Source: Octopus vulgaris (lineage: Eukaryota). From it: a stretch of 64,000 nucleotides of DNA. This document shows, in pieces, positions 63,655 to 64,000 of the stretch; position 1 is the stretch's first letter, and each line of letters starts with the position of its first letter. The translations under genes were made by a program, and so were the position numbers. The stretch is taken from NCBI GenBank assembly GCA_951406725.2, contig OX597815.1, positions 185,752,001 to 185,816,000 of the forward strand, written 5' to 3'. The notes below the pieces were generated by a model. It was not told the DNA's origin, searched no databases, and saw only the letters and a program-made list of their open reading frames with translations.

Positions 63655-64000
63655 ATACACAGAGAGAAAAAACACAGAAAGAAGGAGAGAAAAAAAATGC
63701 GTGCAGTAACTAACGAATCAACATGGCGATCTGATTTCGGCCAGAGGTCAAAGATCAAACATGAGACGTGAGAGCGAAATACCACACAACTTTATCCTTT
63801 ACAGAAAGAAAACAGACCAACGAACACGGTTATATATACCTACACCCCCAGAAAAAATTATGCATATGACAGTGCTAGCATACCACACACCCAACCCTGC
63901 AGGGACACCACATTAATAACACACACTTTCCCCACTTCAAGATAACTCTTGTCGGCTTCATAACATAGCCAGCCAAGGGGTGTAACTCCTAGCTTAATCC

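Overview
AT-rich, repeat-saturated eukaryotic DNA whose repeat content looks like an octopus/coleoid cephalopod genome (inference, not searched). No host protein-coding gene can be supported; almost every long ORF in the track is a microsatellite artefact. The window contains TA, CAT, GAA, AAT and GCT/GAT satellites, several tRNA-derived SINE families, RTE-, CR1/L2- and R4/Dong-type LINE fragments, a decayed Ty3/Gypsy pol, a probable solo LTR, mariner (DD34D) and maT (DD37D) remnants, piggyBac-, hAT- and Merlin-like MITEs, and a non-autonomous Helitron. The most notable signal is more than a dozen minimal type-I hammerhead ribozyme (HHR) motifs from about nine sequence families. Most lie in Penelope-like fold-back insertions next to (TA)n tracts. 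Their cores include compensatory swaps of the catalytic 3-8 pair (C-G, G-C, U-A). One family fuses a tRNA-like Pol III head to an HHR and inserts with a Penelope-style inverted tail and TSDs. All coordinates and folds were read by eye.
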